This document shows, piece by piece, positions 26,353 to 39,963 of a stretch of DNA of 64,000 nt. The notes beneath the pieces were generated by a model. It was not told the DNA's origin. It saw only the letters and a program-made list of their open reading frames with translations, and searched no databases. Within the stretch, counting starts at the first letter, position 1; each line of letters begins with the position of its first letter. The DNA is from Malacoraja senta (lineage: Eukaryota), in contig CM075990.1 of NCBI GenBank assembly GCA_038087875.1, forward strand, positions 8,186,001-8,250,000, in the 5' to 3' direction. Position numbers and translations under genes: made by a program.

Positions 26353-27261
26353 AAACTGTTTGAACATTTGCACGGAAGAAGGGTGATAATAAGAAGATGG
26401 ACACAGGAGACTGGAGTCATTTGGCAGGACAGGCAGCATCTCTGGAGAGAAGGAATAGGTGCTGTTTTGGGTCAACCTGAAGGGTCTCGACCCAAAACGT
26501 CACCCCTTCACTTCAGAGATGCTGCCTGTCCCGCTGAGTTACTCCAGCTTTTTGTGCCCATCTTCGGTTTAAACCAGCATCTGCAGTTCCTTCCTCCACA
26601 TGGGTAATAATAAGACGTGAATCAACGACGATCAATTTTTCATCTAATTTCTTCTGATAAAATGTTATAGACAATAGGTGCAGGAGTAGGCCATTTGGCC
26701 CTTCGAGCCAGCACCGCCATTCAATGTGATCATGGCTGATCATCCTAAATCAGTACCCCGTTCCTGCATTCTCCCCATATCCCTTGACTGCAATTTTTAA
26801 GAGCCCTATCTAGCTCTCTCTTGAAAGCATCCAGAGAACCTGCCTCCACTGCCCTCTGAGGCAGAGACAGTTTTATTTTTTAAGTGTGTTTAAAGCAATT
26901 TTATTTTAGTGAAATAATTATGGTAGTGTTTTATATATTTTTAAATCATTGGGCAGCACAGTGTCACAGATGGTAGAGCTGCTGACTCGCAATGCCAGAG
27001 ACCTGGGTTCAATCCTGACCTCAGGTGCTGTCTGTGTGGAGTTTATACATTCCCCCTGTGACCACATGGATTTCCCCAGGGTGGTCCAGTTTTCTCCCAC
27101 ACCCCGAAGATGTGTGGGTTTGTAGGTTGATTTGCCCCAGTAAAATTGTCACTTGTGTGCAGGGAGTTGATGAGAAAGTGGGATAACACAGAACAAGTGT
27201 GAATGGGTGGACACAGAATGCTGGAGTAACTCAATGGGACGGGCAGCATCTCTGGAGAGAT

Positions 27262-27289
27262 GACGTTTCGGGTCGAGACCCTTCTTCAG
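27262..27289 (-). ncRNA. Predicted minimal type-I hammerhead core, PLE subfamily A
   Basis: CTGAAGA-A-GGGT CTCG ACCC-GAAACGTC; palindromic ACGT in place of stem III; stem I is only about 2 bp. Confidence 0.6.
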
Positions 27290-27659
27290 ACTGAGAGTCA
27301 GGGGAGAGGTAAAATACAGATATGGAAGGGTACCAAGAGCATGTAAGGTGTGAAAAGGACAGATCAAAGCAGATGGTGATCAAGGAAATGTACAATGCTT
27401 CATTGTTGGCTGAGGGGAAGGTGACAATGAGGCATACAAAGAATAAAATTAATGTGAAGATAGACACAAAATGCTGGAGTAACTGAGCGGGACATGCTCT
27501 CTGGGGCATCTGCAGCATCGACTGGAGCATCGGCTTTCTCCCCATACCACTTGATTCTGTTAGTCCTAAGAGCTAAATCTTGAATACATCCTTTCGCAGG
27601 GATTTCCCAACATCCTGATTCACCCACGACTTCAGAAGAGGAAGTACATCCGGCACATC

Positions 27660-28215
27660 TCCCATGATTCCAATCTTATCAATCAGTGCTTCATAGAAAG
27701 CATCCTGTCGTGATGCATCGCCGCTTGGTAAGACAAGTGTTCTGCCCTGGATTTGTAAGATATTGATAAGAATTATGAATGCAGCCCAGTCCATCAAACA
27801 AACCAGTCTCCCCCTCCCTGGACTCCCTCTACACTTCATGGTGCCTTGGGAAAACAGCCAACGTAATCGAGGACCACTCGCAACTTAGTCATTCCCTCTT
27901 CTCCCCACTCCTCTCTGGTGGAAGAGACAAAAGCTTGATTCAAGGGCAGCTTCTTCCCTGCTGTTATCAGGCTGTGAACAAACCACGCATTTACTAAGGA
28001 TGTAATCCCGATCTTCCAATCTATTTTGTAGTGACCTCACCGTTTTTTTGCACCTGCTCTTTCTCTGTAGCCGTAACACTATATTCTGCCCTCTGTGTCC
28101 TTTCACTTTTTTTGCACTGCCAGTTGTATTTGTGTACGGTATAATTGCCCTCTTGTATGGTATGATAGCAAGTGAAACAAAGTTATTCACTGTACATGTG
28201 TATATGTGCCAAAAT
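27660..28215 (+). mobile_element. Rex1/Babar-like LINE 3' end
   Basis: PSLDSLYTSWCLGKTANVIEDHSQLSHSLFSPLLSGGRDKS followed by a FKGSFFPAVIRL-like end; related fragment KFYRCTL..AWFG at about 36020-36130 on the minus strand. Confidence 0.72.
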
Positions 28216-28957
28216 ACACCAATATCAATACATTTTCTGTAACATATTTTCTATCAGAAACCTAGCAATTTCCCTTTGTTTGTCCTACCCAGCCAGGTAA
28301 ACTAAAGATAATTTACAACCACCACATCTTTGGGATGTATGAGTAAACCGGAGCACTGGGGAAACACAGCATGGTCAGTGCGGATTCGGTGGGCCAAAGG
28401 GCCTGTTTCCGCACTGTATCTCTAAACGAAACAAAAAAACGAATGAACAAACTCCACACAGGCAGCACCCAAGGTCAGGATCGAACCTGGGTCCCTGAAG
28501 CTATGAGGCTCTGTTTGTGGTGCACTGTGCTCATGAAATAACGTAATGACAGTAGCTGACAAAAATAACCAATCGTTAAGTAACAAATTGATCAGATTTT
28601 CATTCTTTCCTATTCTCTTTCATACTTTCTTTTAAATTTAAGAATAAAAAGGGTTACTGTGACAAAACAACGCTCAAGACATGGCTGTTGAGTTTGGCAT
28701 GGCTTGGACAATAGATCATAAAGCTGTAAATATTTTCAGTGACTTGGAAATGTCAAATACTGCAGGTTTTAGGGACAACGTGTCTGTGGAATGGTAATGT
28801 AGGTGATCCTCCCGTACTATGTTCAGTGTAGTTTAGAGGTACAGCGTGGAAACAGGCCCCTCGGCTCACTACTGACCAGCCACGCCTACACATTAACACT
28901 ATCCTATACACTAGGGACAATTTACATTTATACCAAGCCAATTAACCTGCAAACCTG

Positions 28958-29144
28958 AGGTACACAAAAATGCTGGAGAAACTCAGCGGGTGCAGCAGCA
29001 TCTATGGAGCGAAGGAAATAGGCAACGTTTCGGGCCGAAACGTTGCCTATTTCCTTCGCTCCATAGATGCTGCTGCACCCGCTGAGTTTCTCCAGCATTT
29101 TTGTGTACCTTCGATTTTCCAGCATCTGCAGTTCCTTCTTTAAC
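28958..29144. mobile_element. Palindromic PLE terminal-repeat insertion inside a V-SINE
   Basis: Perfect 76-bp arms at 28958-29033 and 29035-29110; 14-bp TSD AACCTGCAAACCTG at 28944-28957 and 29145-29158. Confidence 0.9.
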
Positions 29145-31084
29145 AACCTGCAAACCTGTATGTCTTTGGAGTGTGGGAGGAAACCAAAGATCTCAGAGAA
29201 AACCCACGCAGGTTAGCAACAGTTAATGACTATCTGTTTATAATTAGTCTGAAGGTGTCCTGACCCAAAACGTCACCTATCTACACCCTCCATGCTGCCT
29301 GACCTGCTAGGTTTCTCCAGCACGTTGTGTTTTTCTCAAGGTTCCAGAATCTGCACTTCCTCGAGTCTCCTGTTTATAATTTGTCTAATTGTCATATATG
29401 GTCTGCCGCAGTCAGTATTGACGCATATAATATGAAACAATCACGATGCGCATTGATTGCCAATAAAGATCTGATTAGGATTATATCTGGCATGTTAAAC
29501 TGGAGATTGTCTGCTGTCAGGAGTGTTTGCAAACATATCATTCATTAGCCTGGTACAAGCTGTGCGTAGTTTGACAACGCCCAGTTAAATCATTACTGGC
29601 TGCCAACTCATGACCTGAGCAGCAATATTCACCCATTTAAGAGCATGTTCATCCCTTCAGCTTCACCTCCCATGCTACACTGGTGACCATTAAATCAAAC
29701 ATGGAAAAGTTTTATCTCTGCTCACCACTGCAAGTACTCGAGACCCTGTCAGCACTTGTTGTAGGTTGAGACCCTGTTCATTTCTTATGCAGGCGGACAG
29801 ATTAATATTTCAGAAGGTGTTTCTGTTTCATTGCTAATCACTTGGTGGCGTATCCCTTCCACAACCCCTTAAACCCTTGATAGTAATTCTCATGTAGAGT
29901 TATGGAGTTATACAGTATGGAAACACGCCCTTTGGCCCACCAAGTCCTCGTAGACCATTATATTCCCATCCACACTAACCTTATATTAATCTACTTTTTA
30001 TTCCGCCCACATTCTCATCAACTACTACTGCTCACCACAGTGGCCAATTAATCATCTAATCTGCATGTGTTTGGACTATCTGAGGAAACCGTAGCACCCG
30101 GAGAAAAACCCATGTGGTCATAGGGAGAATGTGCAAACTCCACACAGACAGCACCTGAAGTCAGGATTGAACCCAGGCCCTTGGCACTGGTGAGGGCAGC
30201 AGTTCTAATAAAGTATGTTTTTTGTCCAGTATAACTCTAATCCCCTGCCTAATCTGGATTTGGTCTAAATTGGAGCATTAAAGACATCATCTTTTTTTTA
30301 AATGTATTTGATCATGGGTTGCACAAGCCTACACTGAGACTTACTTTAATCCACATCTGTCGGAATTGTTTGCAGGAACTCAGTGTGACCTTTCAAGGAG
30401 TTCATGCTGAGTTTGAAGAACTGCTTTTGCAAATAAATGCACGAGAAAATCAAGGAGACAATGGTTCTTCGTTGAGGGATTTTAGACATTGCACAGTAAT
30501 TAATGTTTATTGGAGACCGGTGATGCTTCATTTAACTGAGAGATTCTCTTCAGATTGGATGGAATAGATAAGCAACAGAATAAATTGAACCTCGAATCAT
30601 AAACCTTCTGAAATGGTCCTCCATCTAAATTGGCAGTATTGAAAATATTTGCTTTGACGAATATGATGACTCAGGTTCCAGTGTCATGGCGATATAATAG
30701 AGTGCTTCTGAGTTATGGGATAACAATCAAACTTGGCGAGCTGAGGCTCTAATGTATTATCAGCTATTTCACATAATTGCAAACTTAACTAATTTCCTCT
30801 CCCTTGTTTTTCTAGAGCCATGTAATTTCTCCCTTTTCTTGCAATTATCTGACTCCTTTCATGAAAGCATTAAACATAGAAAAGTACAGCTTCGGACCAC
30901 AACGTCTGTGTCTAACCTGATGCCAAGGCTAACTCTTCTATTCCTGCACATGACCCATATCCATCCATTCCCTACATATCCACGTGCCTATCTCAAAGTC
31001 TCTTAAACACCACTATCGTATCTGCCTCCACCACCATCCCTAGCAGTGGTTTTCAGGCACTCGTCACCCTGTGTATAAAGTTGG

Positions 31085-31532
31085 GAATGATGAAGAATGG
31101 ATTGGCTGGACTTACATTCACTTGGATTTAGAAGGATGAGAGGGGATCTTATAGAAACATATAAAAATCATAAGGGATGGGACAGGCTAGATGCAGGAAA
31201 AACAATCCCAATGTTGGGGGAGTCCAGAACCAGGGGTCACAGTTTAAGAATTAGGGGTAGGCCGTTGAAGGCTGAGATGAGGAAAAACCTTTTCACCCAG
31301 AGAGTTGTGAATCTGTGGAATTCTCTGCCACAGAAGGCAGTGGAGGTCAATTCAATGGATGTATTCAAGAGAGAGTTAGATTTAGCCCTTGGTGCTGACA
31401 GAATCAAGGGATATGGGGAGAAAGCAGGACCGGGGTACAGATTTTGGATGATCAGCCATGATCTTATTGAGTGACGGTGCTGGCTCGAAGGGCAGCATGG
31501 CCTACTCCTGCATCTGTTTGCTATGTTTCTAT
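31085..31532 (+). mobile_element. CR1/HER1-like LINE 3' fragment
   Basis: RRMRGDLIETYK..TRGHSLRIRGRP..FTQRVVNLWNSLP. Confidence 0.9.
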
Positions 31533-32424
31533 ATTAATGCAGGCCCAGAGTTTGCTGTCAGCAATGAATCTCTAGATCTTGCTATTCACCTGCCCTGCAA
31601 AGAACGGGTGCTGTTCCCATCCTTATCGTCCAGATCCCGATTAGTGCCGAGTTTTCCAGATGTAAGTACTTTCATCTGGCGGAGAGAAACATACCCCACC
31701 CACGGAAAGGCTGAGAAACCCAAAAGCGAAGAAGGGTCTCGACCCGAAACATCACCTATACCTTCTCTTCAGAGGTGCTTCCTGAAGTAACTCCCGCTGA
31801 GTTACTCCAGCTTTTGGTGTCCATCTTTGGTGTAAACCACCATCGCACCTCCTTCTTACACATTAAGCTACGCACATTAGCTGGCTGTCAAACCCGTCCA
31901 TAGTTTAGGATGCTGCAAATGGTTTGATTTAATGCTGAACGAGATTAAAAAATTAAAATAAAATTAACATGCTTAATGCAATTGAGAAAAAATCACAAGT
32001 GCATTCAATTCCAGTGTGTGGTGAGTGGCAGACTTTGGACGAGTTGAGGGAAATATGTAAAAATATTTATAAATATCTGATATTCACAATAAGCTCACAC
32101 CACTGATTCCTGAAACAATCATGCCTTTCACATCCCCTTCTAGAGATGCTTCTTACTCTTGACTCCATTTCATTTGGTGAGTAGAGTCTTAGAGTCATAC
32201 AACACGGAACCAGCCCTTCGGCCCAACTCGCCCATGCTGACCAAGATTCCCCATCAATGCTAGTCCCATTTGCCCATGGTTGACCCATATCCATCCAAAC
32301 CTTTTCTAACCTTGCACTTGTCCAACATGTCTTTTAAATGTTGTTATTGCACTTGCCGCGACTGCTTCCTCTGGCAGCTCATTCCATTCTTCTTCTTTTA
32401 TTGGACTTCAGTTTGCTTTTGCCC

Positions 32425-32840
32425 TGTTGGGAGAGGTTGAGCTGGTTGGGATTGTCTTCCTTGGAGCGCAGGAGGATAAAGGGTGATCTTATAGAGGTGT
32501 ATAAAATCATAGGAATGGATCGGGTGGATGGACACAGTCACTTGCTCAGAGTAGGGGAATCAAGAATCAGCGGTCATCGGTTTAAGATGGAAAGATTTAA
32601 TAGGAATGTGAGAGGTAGCTTTTTCATGCCAAGGGTGGTGGGTCTATGGAACGAGTTGCCAGAGGAGGTAGTTGAGGCAGGGACTATTGTGACGTTTAAG
32701 AAACAATTAGACAGGTACATGGATAGCACAGGTTTTGAGGGATTATGGGCCAAATGCAGGCAGGTGGGACGAGTGTAGCTGGGACATTGTTGGTCAGTGT
32801 GGGCAAGTTTGGTCGAAGGTCCTGTTTCCACGCTGTATCA
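32425..32840 (+). mobile_element. CR1/HER1-like LINE 3' fragment
   Basis: ERLSWLGLSSLERRRIKGDLIEVYKI..RVVGLWNELPEEVVEAG; an oppositely oriented tail lies at about 32180-32385. Confidence 0.88.
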
Positions 32841-33384
32841 ATCCATCACCACCAATTGCCCTTCTGCAATCTCTGCACCATTCTGCTGTTTTGCATTCAT
32901 TGTTCTATTTACTGTTGTCTCTCTCATTATGCATGTATACAAGTTACTCTTTGAGCTTCATGCAGGCAAAGAATTTCATTGTACCCTGGTGTATATGGCA
33001 ATAAACTAATCTGGATCTAAATTTGAATCTGACAACAGCCCCTGTGTGATTTTTTTAATGACCTTTTTGACTTTGCTCACCGCATTCAGCTCTCATAAAT
33101 TGTAGCAATTATTTTACTTTGTTTCATCTTCAAAAATCACATCATATCATACTTCTCAGAATTAATCTTCAGCTAATGTATATCTGTTCATTTTTATGTC
33201 CTTTTCTGTTGCACATTTGCAAAGATGACATTTATGAATGCATTGCAAAATGCAAAACTCCCTTCCTAAAGGCTGCTAAGAAGTATGTGCTGTTTCTCAT
33301 TCCATTATCATCCCGACATTTTAGTTTATTGAGATCGCTGTAGAAGATTGAGGATGGCATGTTGGCACAGTGACTGTGGTCTCA

Positions 33385-33795
33385 CTCACTGGAGTTTAGA
33401 AGGTTGAAGGGGGACCTCATTGAAACTTACAGAATAATGAAAGGCATAGATTGAGTGGATGTGGAAAGGATGTTTCCACTCGTGGGAGAGTTTAGGACCA
33501 GAGATCGTAGCCTCTTAATTAAAGGGCGCACTTTTATAAAGGAGGTGAGGAGGAAATTCTTTAGTCAGAGGTTAGTTAACCTGTGGAACTCTTTGCCACA
33601 GAGGGCTGTGGAGGCCAAGTCAGTGGATGTTTTTAAGGCAGAGATAGACAAATTCTTGATTAGAACGGGTGCCAAGGGTTATGGGGAGAAGGCAGGGAAA
33701 TGGCATTAGGAGGCAGAGATCAGCCAAGATTGAATGGCGGAGTGGACTCGATGGGTCGTATGGCCTAATTCTACTCCTATAACTTGTGAACTTGC
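33385..33795 (+). mobile_element. CR1/HER1-like LINE 3' fragment
   Basis: MFPLVGEFRTR..FFSQRLVNLWNSLPQRAVEA. Confidence 0.88.
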
Positions 33796-34399
33796 AAACT
33801 CACAGAAACAACAATTAGGGGTCAATGCTGATGTCTGGCGCTGCCAGTGTGGAGTTTGCATGTTCTCCCTGTGAGCACGTGGTAATGCTGCAGTTACCTT
33901 CCACAATGTCTGAAAAATGGTCCTAACTTGAAAAGTGGTCAGATTTCCCTCCTTAGATGCTGCCTGACCCTCTGAGCCTCCAACAGTTGGAGTTTTTGTT
34001 CAAGATTCCAGCATCTGCACTCTTGTGTCCTTCTTAACGTTTTCAGGCTGGTAGGTTAACTGTTCTGCCGTGAAGTAAGTGCCTGGCGGGTGAATTAGGA
34101 ATGAATTGAGGGACCGGCGAGAGAAAACAGGTGACAGGTCCTTCCCAGGTTATGAACACCCAACTTACGCACAGCCTGTACATACAAACAAGTGTGTGGG
34201 AAACTGACTGTCAACTGCTGTGGAGCTGCTGGCATCTTCTGCCATGTGGGAGCTTGGTATGTGTCAGTATCTGCATGCTTGAGTTGCCCACCTTGGTTTA
34301 ACTTCTTATTGCCTCAAGTTGTTTTCATTTAAATATATTACTGGGCGGCAACATTTTTGTCTTGTGGACTGTTCGGGTTACAAACAATTTTCAGGTTTC

Positions 34400-34645
34400 G
34401 TGTAGTTTAGAGATACAGCGCGGAAACAGGCCCTTCGGCCCACCGAGCCTATGCTGACCAGCGATCCTCGCACATTAACACCATCCTACACACACTAGGC
34501 ACAATTTGCATTTATACAAAACCAATCGGCCTACAATCCTGTGAGTCTTTGGAGTGTGGGAGGAAACCAAAGATCTCGAAGAAAACCTACGCGGTCACGG
34601 AGAGATCGTACAGACTGCAACTCTACTGCTGCGCCACCGTGCCGC
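34400..34645 (-). mobile_element. V-SINE with internal deletion
   Basis: Tail, V-domain and truncated head; another copy at about 42586-42835 (-). Confidence 0.85.
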
Positions 34646-35754
34646 AGTGTATCGAATCTTGCGGTGGACATACTCTGGGAAATTAATTTGGGAGAACAGA
34701 ATTGCTCTGAGAGTCTGTCTAGACTCGAAGGGGCTGAGTGGCTGTCTTCTCTGTTGTGAAAAATAAGAGCTATTGGATTCTGACTGCGGGGGATTAATAC
34801 ACCATCACCGAGTCATTATGCGCTGTGCAAATTCCTCTCAGACTCACGGAAGCAGATCAGAATACATTTTCCATTTCACTCTTGCAGTTAAATCAAACGT
34901 TCGACAATACGGAGAGAAAATGTGAAAAGATGTTACCTTATATATCAATGAACTCTTTACTTTTGGGAACTAAATCAGAAGAGGTCATCGGTTGTTATCA
35001 AGGCTAAGGAGTCAGGGCACTTCTTTCCTCAGAGAGATGTTATGGAATGGATGTTGTGTCACATCACTTATGGCCTGGGTTTTTAATCTCACCTTGGGCT
35101 TTCATCCAAGTCCAGATTAATGTACATCAGAAACACAGAGATCCAGTCCTGAATCCTTGGAACAAATACCCCACCTCCCTCCACTTGGGTAAACAGATGA
35201 TCTTTGCCTCCCAGGTAATTTTATACAACCCTGTCACTGAAGCTGTCTGGTGGAAAGAATATAATCAAGTTTGTCAGACTTGCTTCATTTGTCTTTAATA
35301 AATCCTCTTGTCATAGCTCCTTGTGTGTCTTGTGTGTATTTTTTTTTACTGAGGCGTGCTGCCCCATTCTCTCGATTAGAAGTTCAGTCAAGTAAGTAAT
35401 GGGGGATATGAGAGGAAATGAATTAAGCCTCTGTTCTTTTCGACAGTGAGTCCTCTCAGTAACCTCTAATTTTGTCTATTGCTGGCATCGAACAGCTTTT
35501 TTTTTAGAGCCACTGCTTTATATTAGATCTGGGAGATTGGCAGGTCATTAAACCTTGGCCAAACTTGGCTCCTTCCTCCTGGTGGCAGCATGGTGGATTT
35601 ATGGATCCATAATTCCAATATTGCTGGATTTAGCAGCACAATCTGTCCCTCACATCTTTTTTTAAATTGGTGCTTGCTGTTCAAGGACAACCTTTTGGAT
35701 TCTGAGTTGTATATCATCATTGTAAAGGCACCTTTGGAGAGTTCGATCATGGAT

Positions 35755-36022
35755 TCACAGAGTCATACAGCATGGAAATAGGCCCTTCGGCCCAACCTGC
35801 CCACGCCGACCAACATACTCCAACCACACTAGTTCAACCTGTCTGCATTTGGCCCATATCCCTCTAAACCTATCCTATTCATGTACCTGTCCAAATGTTT
35901 TTGTAATGTTGTGATGGTACCTGCCTCGACCAGCTCCTCCAGCAGCTCGTTCCATACACCTACAAATCTTTCTGTTGAAAGGTTGCCCTTCAGGTTCATA
36001 TTAAAATCTTTCCCCCGCCTTC
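35755..36022 (-). mobile_element. CR1/HER1-like LINE 3' fragment
   Basis: RFVGVWNELLEELVEAGTITTLQKHLDRYM. Confidence 0.82.
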
Positions 36023-36450
36023 TCAAACCTTGGGCAGAGCCGTACCCAAACCAAGCAGATGGAATTCTTCCCAAAGTACATCTGTAGAATTTGGTCGGAG
36101 TTGTTGGAGACGTGCTGGACTTCCTTAGATGAAAGTGCTTCATTCTACGCAGGCCTACGAGACTGCGTCTCACAGTGATGCTGGACTGGTATAGGCACAG
36201 CCGATTACCGGGGGGGGGGGGGAGACACTAAAGATGTGCACGTGTGTGTGCCCACTGCCGACCCCCCTCAATTCCCCATTCACAGTCCACCCCTCTCCTT
36301 GAGGTAAACTGCACAGTGGGTGCCAAGGGCAGTGTATGTTAGGGCTATGCAGTGTGTGGAAATATGGTGGCAGCTGTAGGTTCTGCACATTATTATACAG
36401 GTCATGTTATATCACAAAGCGATGGGTGTGAACCATAGCAGCCATTAATT

Positions 36451-37102
36451 TTTTATTATTTTATTTTTTAATTTGTATTTTATTAGAAGTACATTACATT
36501 ACAACCACATACATTAGTACTTGTCATTTATATCTTCTTACAATTAATGTACTCCATTTATTTTTTACACTAGAAAAGGAAAAGATTGAAAGAAAGAAGA
36601 AAGTGAAGGAAAAAGTGAAAGTGTAGGAAATGTGACAACAAAAAAGGATGAAGACCCTATAAGAGCAAAATTAAAAACAAAAGAAAAAGAGTTAAGAAAT
36701 AGACCCTAGGAAAGAAAGAAAGAGAGAAAGAGGAAAAAGAGAGAAACAAATATTTTTATGAGCATTACGTAAATGGGACATAGCAACTCTTCAACTATCA
36801 TCCCCCCTTACCTGACCTCAAATTTTTTTTTTAAGTACTTTTGCACCCTATGTTTGTAATAATTCTATAAATGCAGACCACGTCAGGTGGAAGTGATCTG
36901 GTTTACCTGCTAGGAGGAGTCTTATCTCTTCTAGGTGTAATTTTTCAAACATATTTGAAATCCACATATTTATAGTTGGTATTGGAGCCTTCTTCCAAAA
37001 TTTTAGAATTAGCTTATTTCCAGTTATTAACCCATAGTCCATTAGTTTCTTTTGAAACACATTTAGTTCTGGACCATCTTCCGTTATGCCGATTATACCG
37101 AT
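36451..37102 (-). mobile_element. 5'-truncated L1-clade LINE (ORF2 C-terminus, 3' UTR, A-tail)
   Basis: 17-bp TSD CATAGCAGCCATTAATT (36434-36450, 37103-37119); YGLITGNKLILKFWKKAPIPTINMWISNMFEKLHLEEIR..FHLTWSAF resembles fish L1 ORF2 ends. Confidence 0.85.
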
Positions 37103-38714
37103 CATAGCAGCCATTAATTAAAGGGAAATTCTAACTACATCGCTGTCCGTCCATTTCGGCAATGGGACTAATGCAGTTAGAGTGCCACAAAGTCCAACGT
37201 CCAGGCAATTGTTTCTCAGATGGAGAAGTTCAGAATATCATTGCAGCCAAACTTCGTGAGCTGCACTGCTATTGACGTCCTTTACATCAAAACAAGAAGT
37301 GCAAGGGGAAGCAAAAATCACGATAATAAAAATGAAGAGATGAATTTCCCAGTGGGTAGTGATGAACTCAGAGATGTGTACAAAATTGCTCTGTTCCAGA
37401 TCAATACATTCATAAACTTCACAGCTTCTTCTCCCAGAGTTGTTCCTGGAGTATATTTAAGACATTTTTGTTATTGATGGAATCAAGTTACCTGTGGTTA
37501 GTGCACTGAGGTAAACTGGTAGTCATCTTACTGAATGATAGGGGTGACCCAAGGGGCCGAATGGCCTACTTGCTCTTCTGCTTCTGATGACATGACCTTT
37601 CCATCAATGAGGTTTGAGCCTTTTTCTTTACAATAAACTTGAAATAGTCAAAATGTACACAACATTGTGTGGGAATCATGGGGTTTTGCAACACTGTGAA
37701 CGAAGAAAATGAACCTGCAATCTCACTTCTGAGATGACTTTACAAAGAAGACAAAATTAGATTGATGTATCGTGACAATTGTCTTTGCAGTGCTTTACTC
37801 AGCGACAACAGATTGATTTTCTCTGAGGTGCAGTAAAGCTTGTCCTGGACCAGCCACTGGGTGATGCTCCATTGTTCCCCATCTCCTTTCTCGCGGCAGA
37901 GGTCCTGGCTTGGGAGCTGATGAGTAGCTTTGGTGATTAACTGCAGTGCACTCTGCAGAGAGGCCAGACTGCAGCCACTGTGTGCAGGAGGATGTTTTGG
38001 AAAAGAAAAGACAGAAAGTACTGGAGTAACTCAGAGGGCCAGGCAGCTTATCTGGAGAACGTGGACAGCGTTGTTTCAGATTGGGCCCCTGCTTCAGATT
38101 GATGTTTAGGGTGGTGGATGAGGCACCATTAACAAGCGATGGTTTGTCCTGGATGCCATTGAGCTCTATTTTTGAGTTCTGTTTTGGCTTCATTTGTTCA
38201 AACAAGTGGAGAGCTTTGCATCATGCTCCTGATTTTTGCCTTATGGATGGGAGGTGGGCTTTGGAGGTGTCGTGAGGCGATATATGTTTCCAAATCGAGA
38301 GGATGTGCAGTCTTGGCGGGAAACAGCAGCGAGCGGTGTTCCCAACTACCTGCTGTCTTGTCCTTCCTGTGGCAGAGGTCATCCTTCTGGGAGGTGGTGT
38401 TGGAGTGGCCTGGGTGAGTAACTGCGGTGTGTTTTGTAGATGGGACACACAGCAGCCACTGTCTCCCGGATGTGGTGATGGTGATGGTGTCCAATTTCTG
38501 ACCAGCTCTTTCAGCCACTGTATGTGGCTAGTGGTTCATCTGAATTTACTTTACTTTATTTCACATGCACTGAGGTACAGTGAAAAGGTTTTATTGCATG
38601 CTAACCAGTCAGCAGAAAGACTATACATGATTGCAATCGAGCTACCCCATAGCGTATAAATACATTATGAAGGGAATAATGTTTAGTGCAAGATAAAGTC
38701 TAGCCCGAGGGTAG

Positions 38715-39098
38715 ATTATAAAATTATAAAAGTACTGGACAAGCTAGATGCAGGAAAAATGTTCCCAAAGTTGGGCGAGTCCAGAACCAGGGTCCACAGT
38801 CTTAGAATAAAGGGGAGGCCATTTAGGACTGAGGTGAGAATTTTTTTTTCCACCCAGAGAGTTGTGGATTTGTGGAATTCCCTGCCACAGAGGGCAGTGG
38901 AGGCCAAATCACTGGATGGATTTAAGAGAGAGTTAGATAGAGCTTTAGGGGCTAGTGGAATCAAGGGATATGGGGAGAAGGCAGGCACGGGTTATTGATT
39001 GGGGACGATCAGCCATGATCGCAATGAATGGCGGTGCTGGCCCGAAGGGCCGAATGGCCTCCTCCTGCACCTATTTTCTATGTTTCTATGTTTCTATG
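38715..39098 (+). mobile_element. CR1/HER1-like LINE 3' fragment
   Basis: Near-identical to about 24020-24401. Confidence 0.9.
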
Positions 39099-39699
39099 AT
39101 AGCAGCTGAGGACCGCTCTCTAGTTCTTGACAGGATGGTTTTGTGATTAATGGATGATAGTCAGGACGTTGATGATGGGGAACGTTGATGGTAATGCCAT
39201 TGAGGATAGATGGTCAGACTATCTCTTGTTGGAAATTGTCTGGAACATTTCTAGCACAAATATTGCTTTCCACGTTTCGCAAGTCTTATTCAAGAGAAAT
39301 TACGCCCAGGAATTGTCTTAGACCGAAAGTGCAGTTTTGAAGGAATTTGCATGGCTGCATTAGTTAGGCAGTGTATAATTCAAGGTTGTTTCTTGTATTC
39401 TAACCCTTTAACACGATGATTACTCCAAGGACCATACTCTAAACGATTGCAAGTCGCATAATGAAGTCAATAGCCACATCACAAATCACTGTCTGATAAA
39501 ATCAGAAATACACCACAAGGTGCTTAATCCTGGCCAACTCTTTCCTTGGTTGCTGCTTTTTGTTAACCTGTGTTTAGGGAACAGATATAGACAGAGAATC
39601 TACATTATAGAGTTGTTGATAGGAGTTTACTAATTGTCCTGATCTCTGGGTCAGTTGGTGCGGCTCCACTTAGTCTGCTAATGGCTTCAATACTGCCAA

Positions 39700-39963
39700 T
39701 TCTTAGGCCCCCATCATCTTGTCTTAACCATGGACATCTAGTCTCTTAACACTTCCATTTTCCATCAGGAAGGCCTTAGGGCTCTCCAGTTCTTCCTTGA
39801 ACAAGGTCCCAATCAGTTCCCCTCAACTAACACTCTCCTCCACCTGGCGGAACTTGTCCTTGCCCGAAAACAAACCGTTTGAAGAAGAGCCAAAATGTCG
39901 TCTGTCCATTTCCCCACACAGATGCTGCCTAACCTGCTGAGTTCTTCCAGCACTTTGTTTTTT
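39700..39963 (+). mobile_element. Penelope-like RT core fragment joined to a decayed terminal repeat
   Basis: 39700-39864 translates FLGPHHLVLTMDI*SLNTSIFHQEGLRALQFFLEQGPNQFPSTNTLLHLAELVL, matching the PLE RT motif TMDVxSLYTxIP; a degenerate tail follows. Confidence 0.75.

Noticed and set aside
35575..35589. CTCF-like motif CCTCCTGGTGGCAGC; also a YY1-like motif near 25085 and an imperfect X-box at 1204-1217
   Set aside because: Isolated or imperfect short matches are expected by chance in 64 kb.
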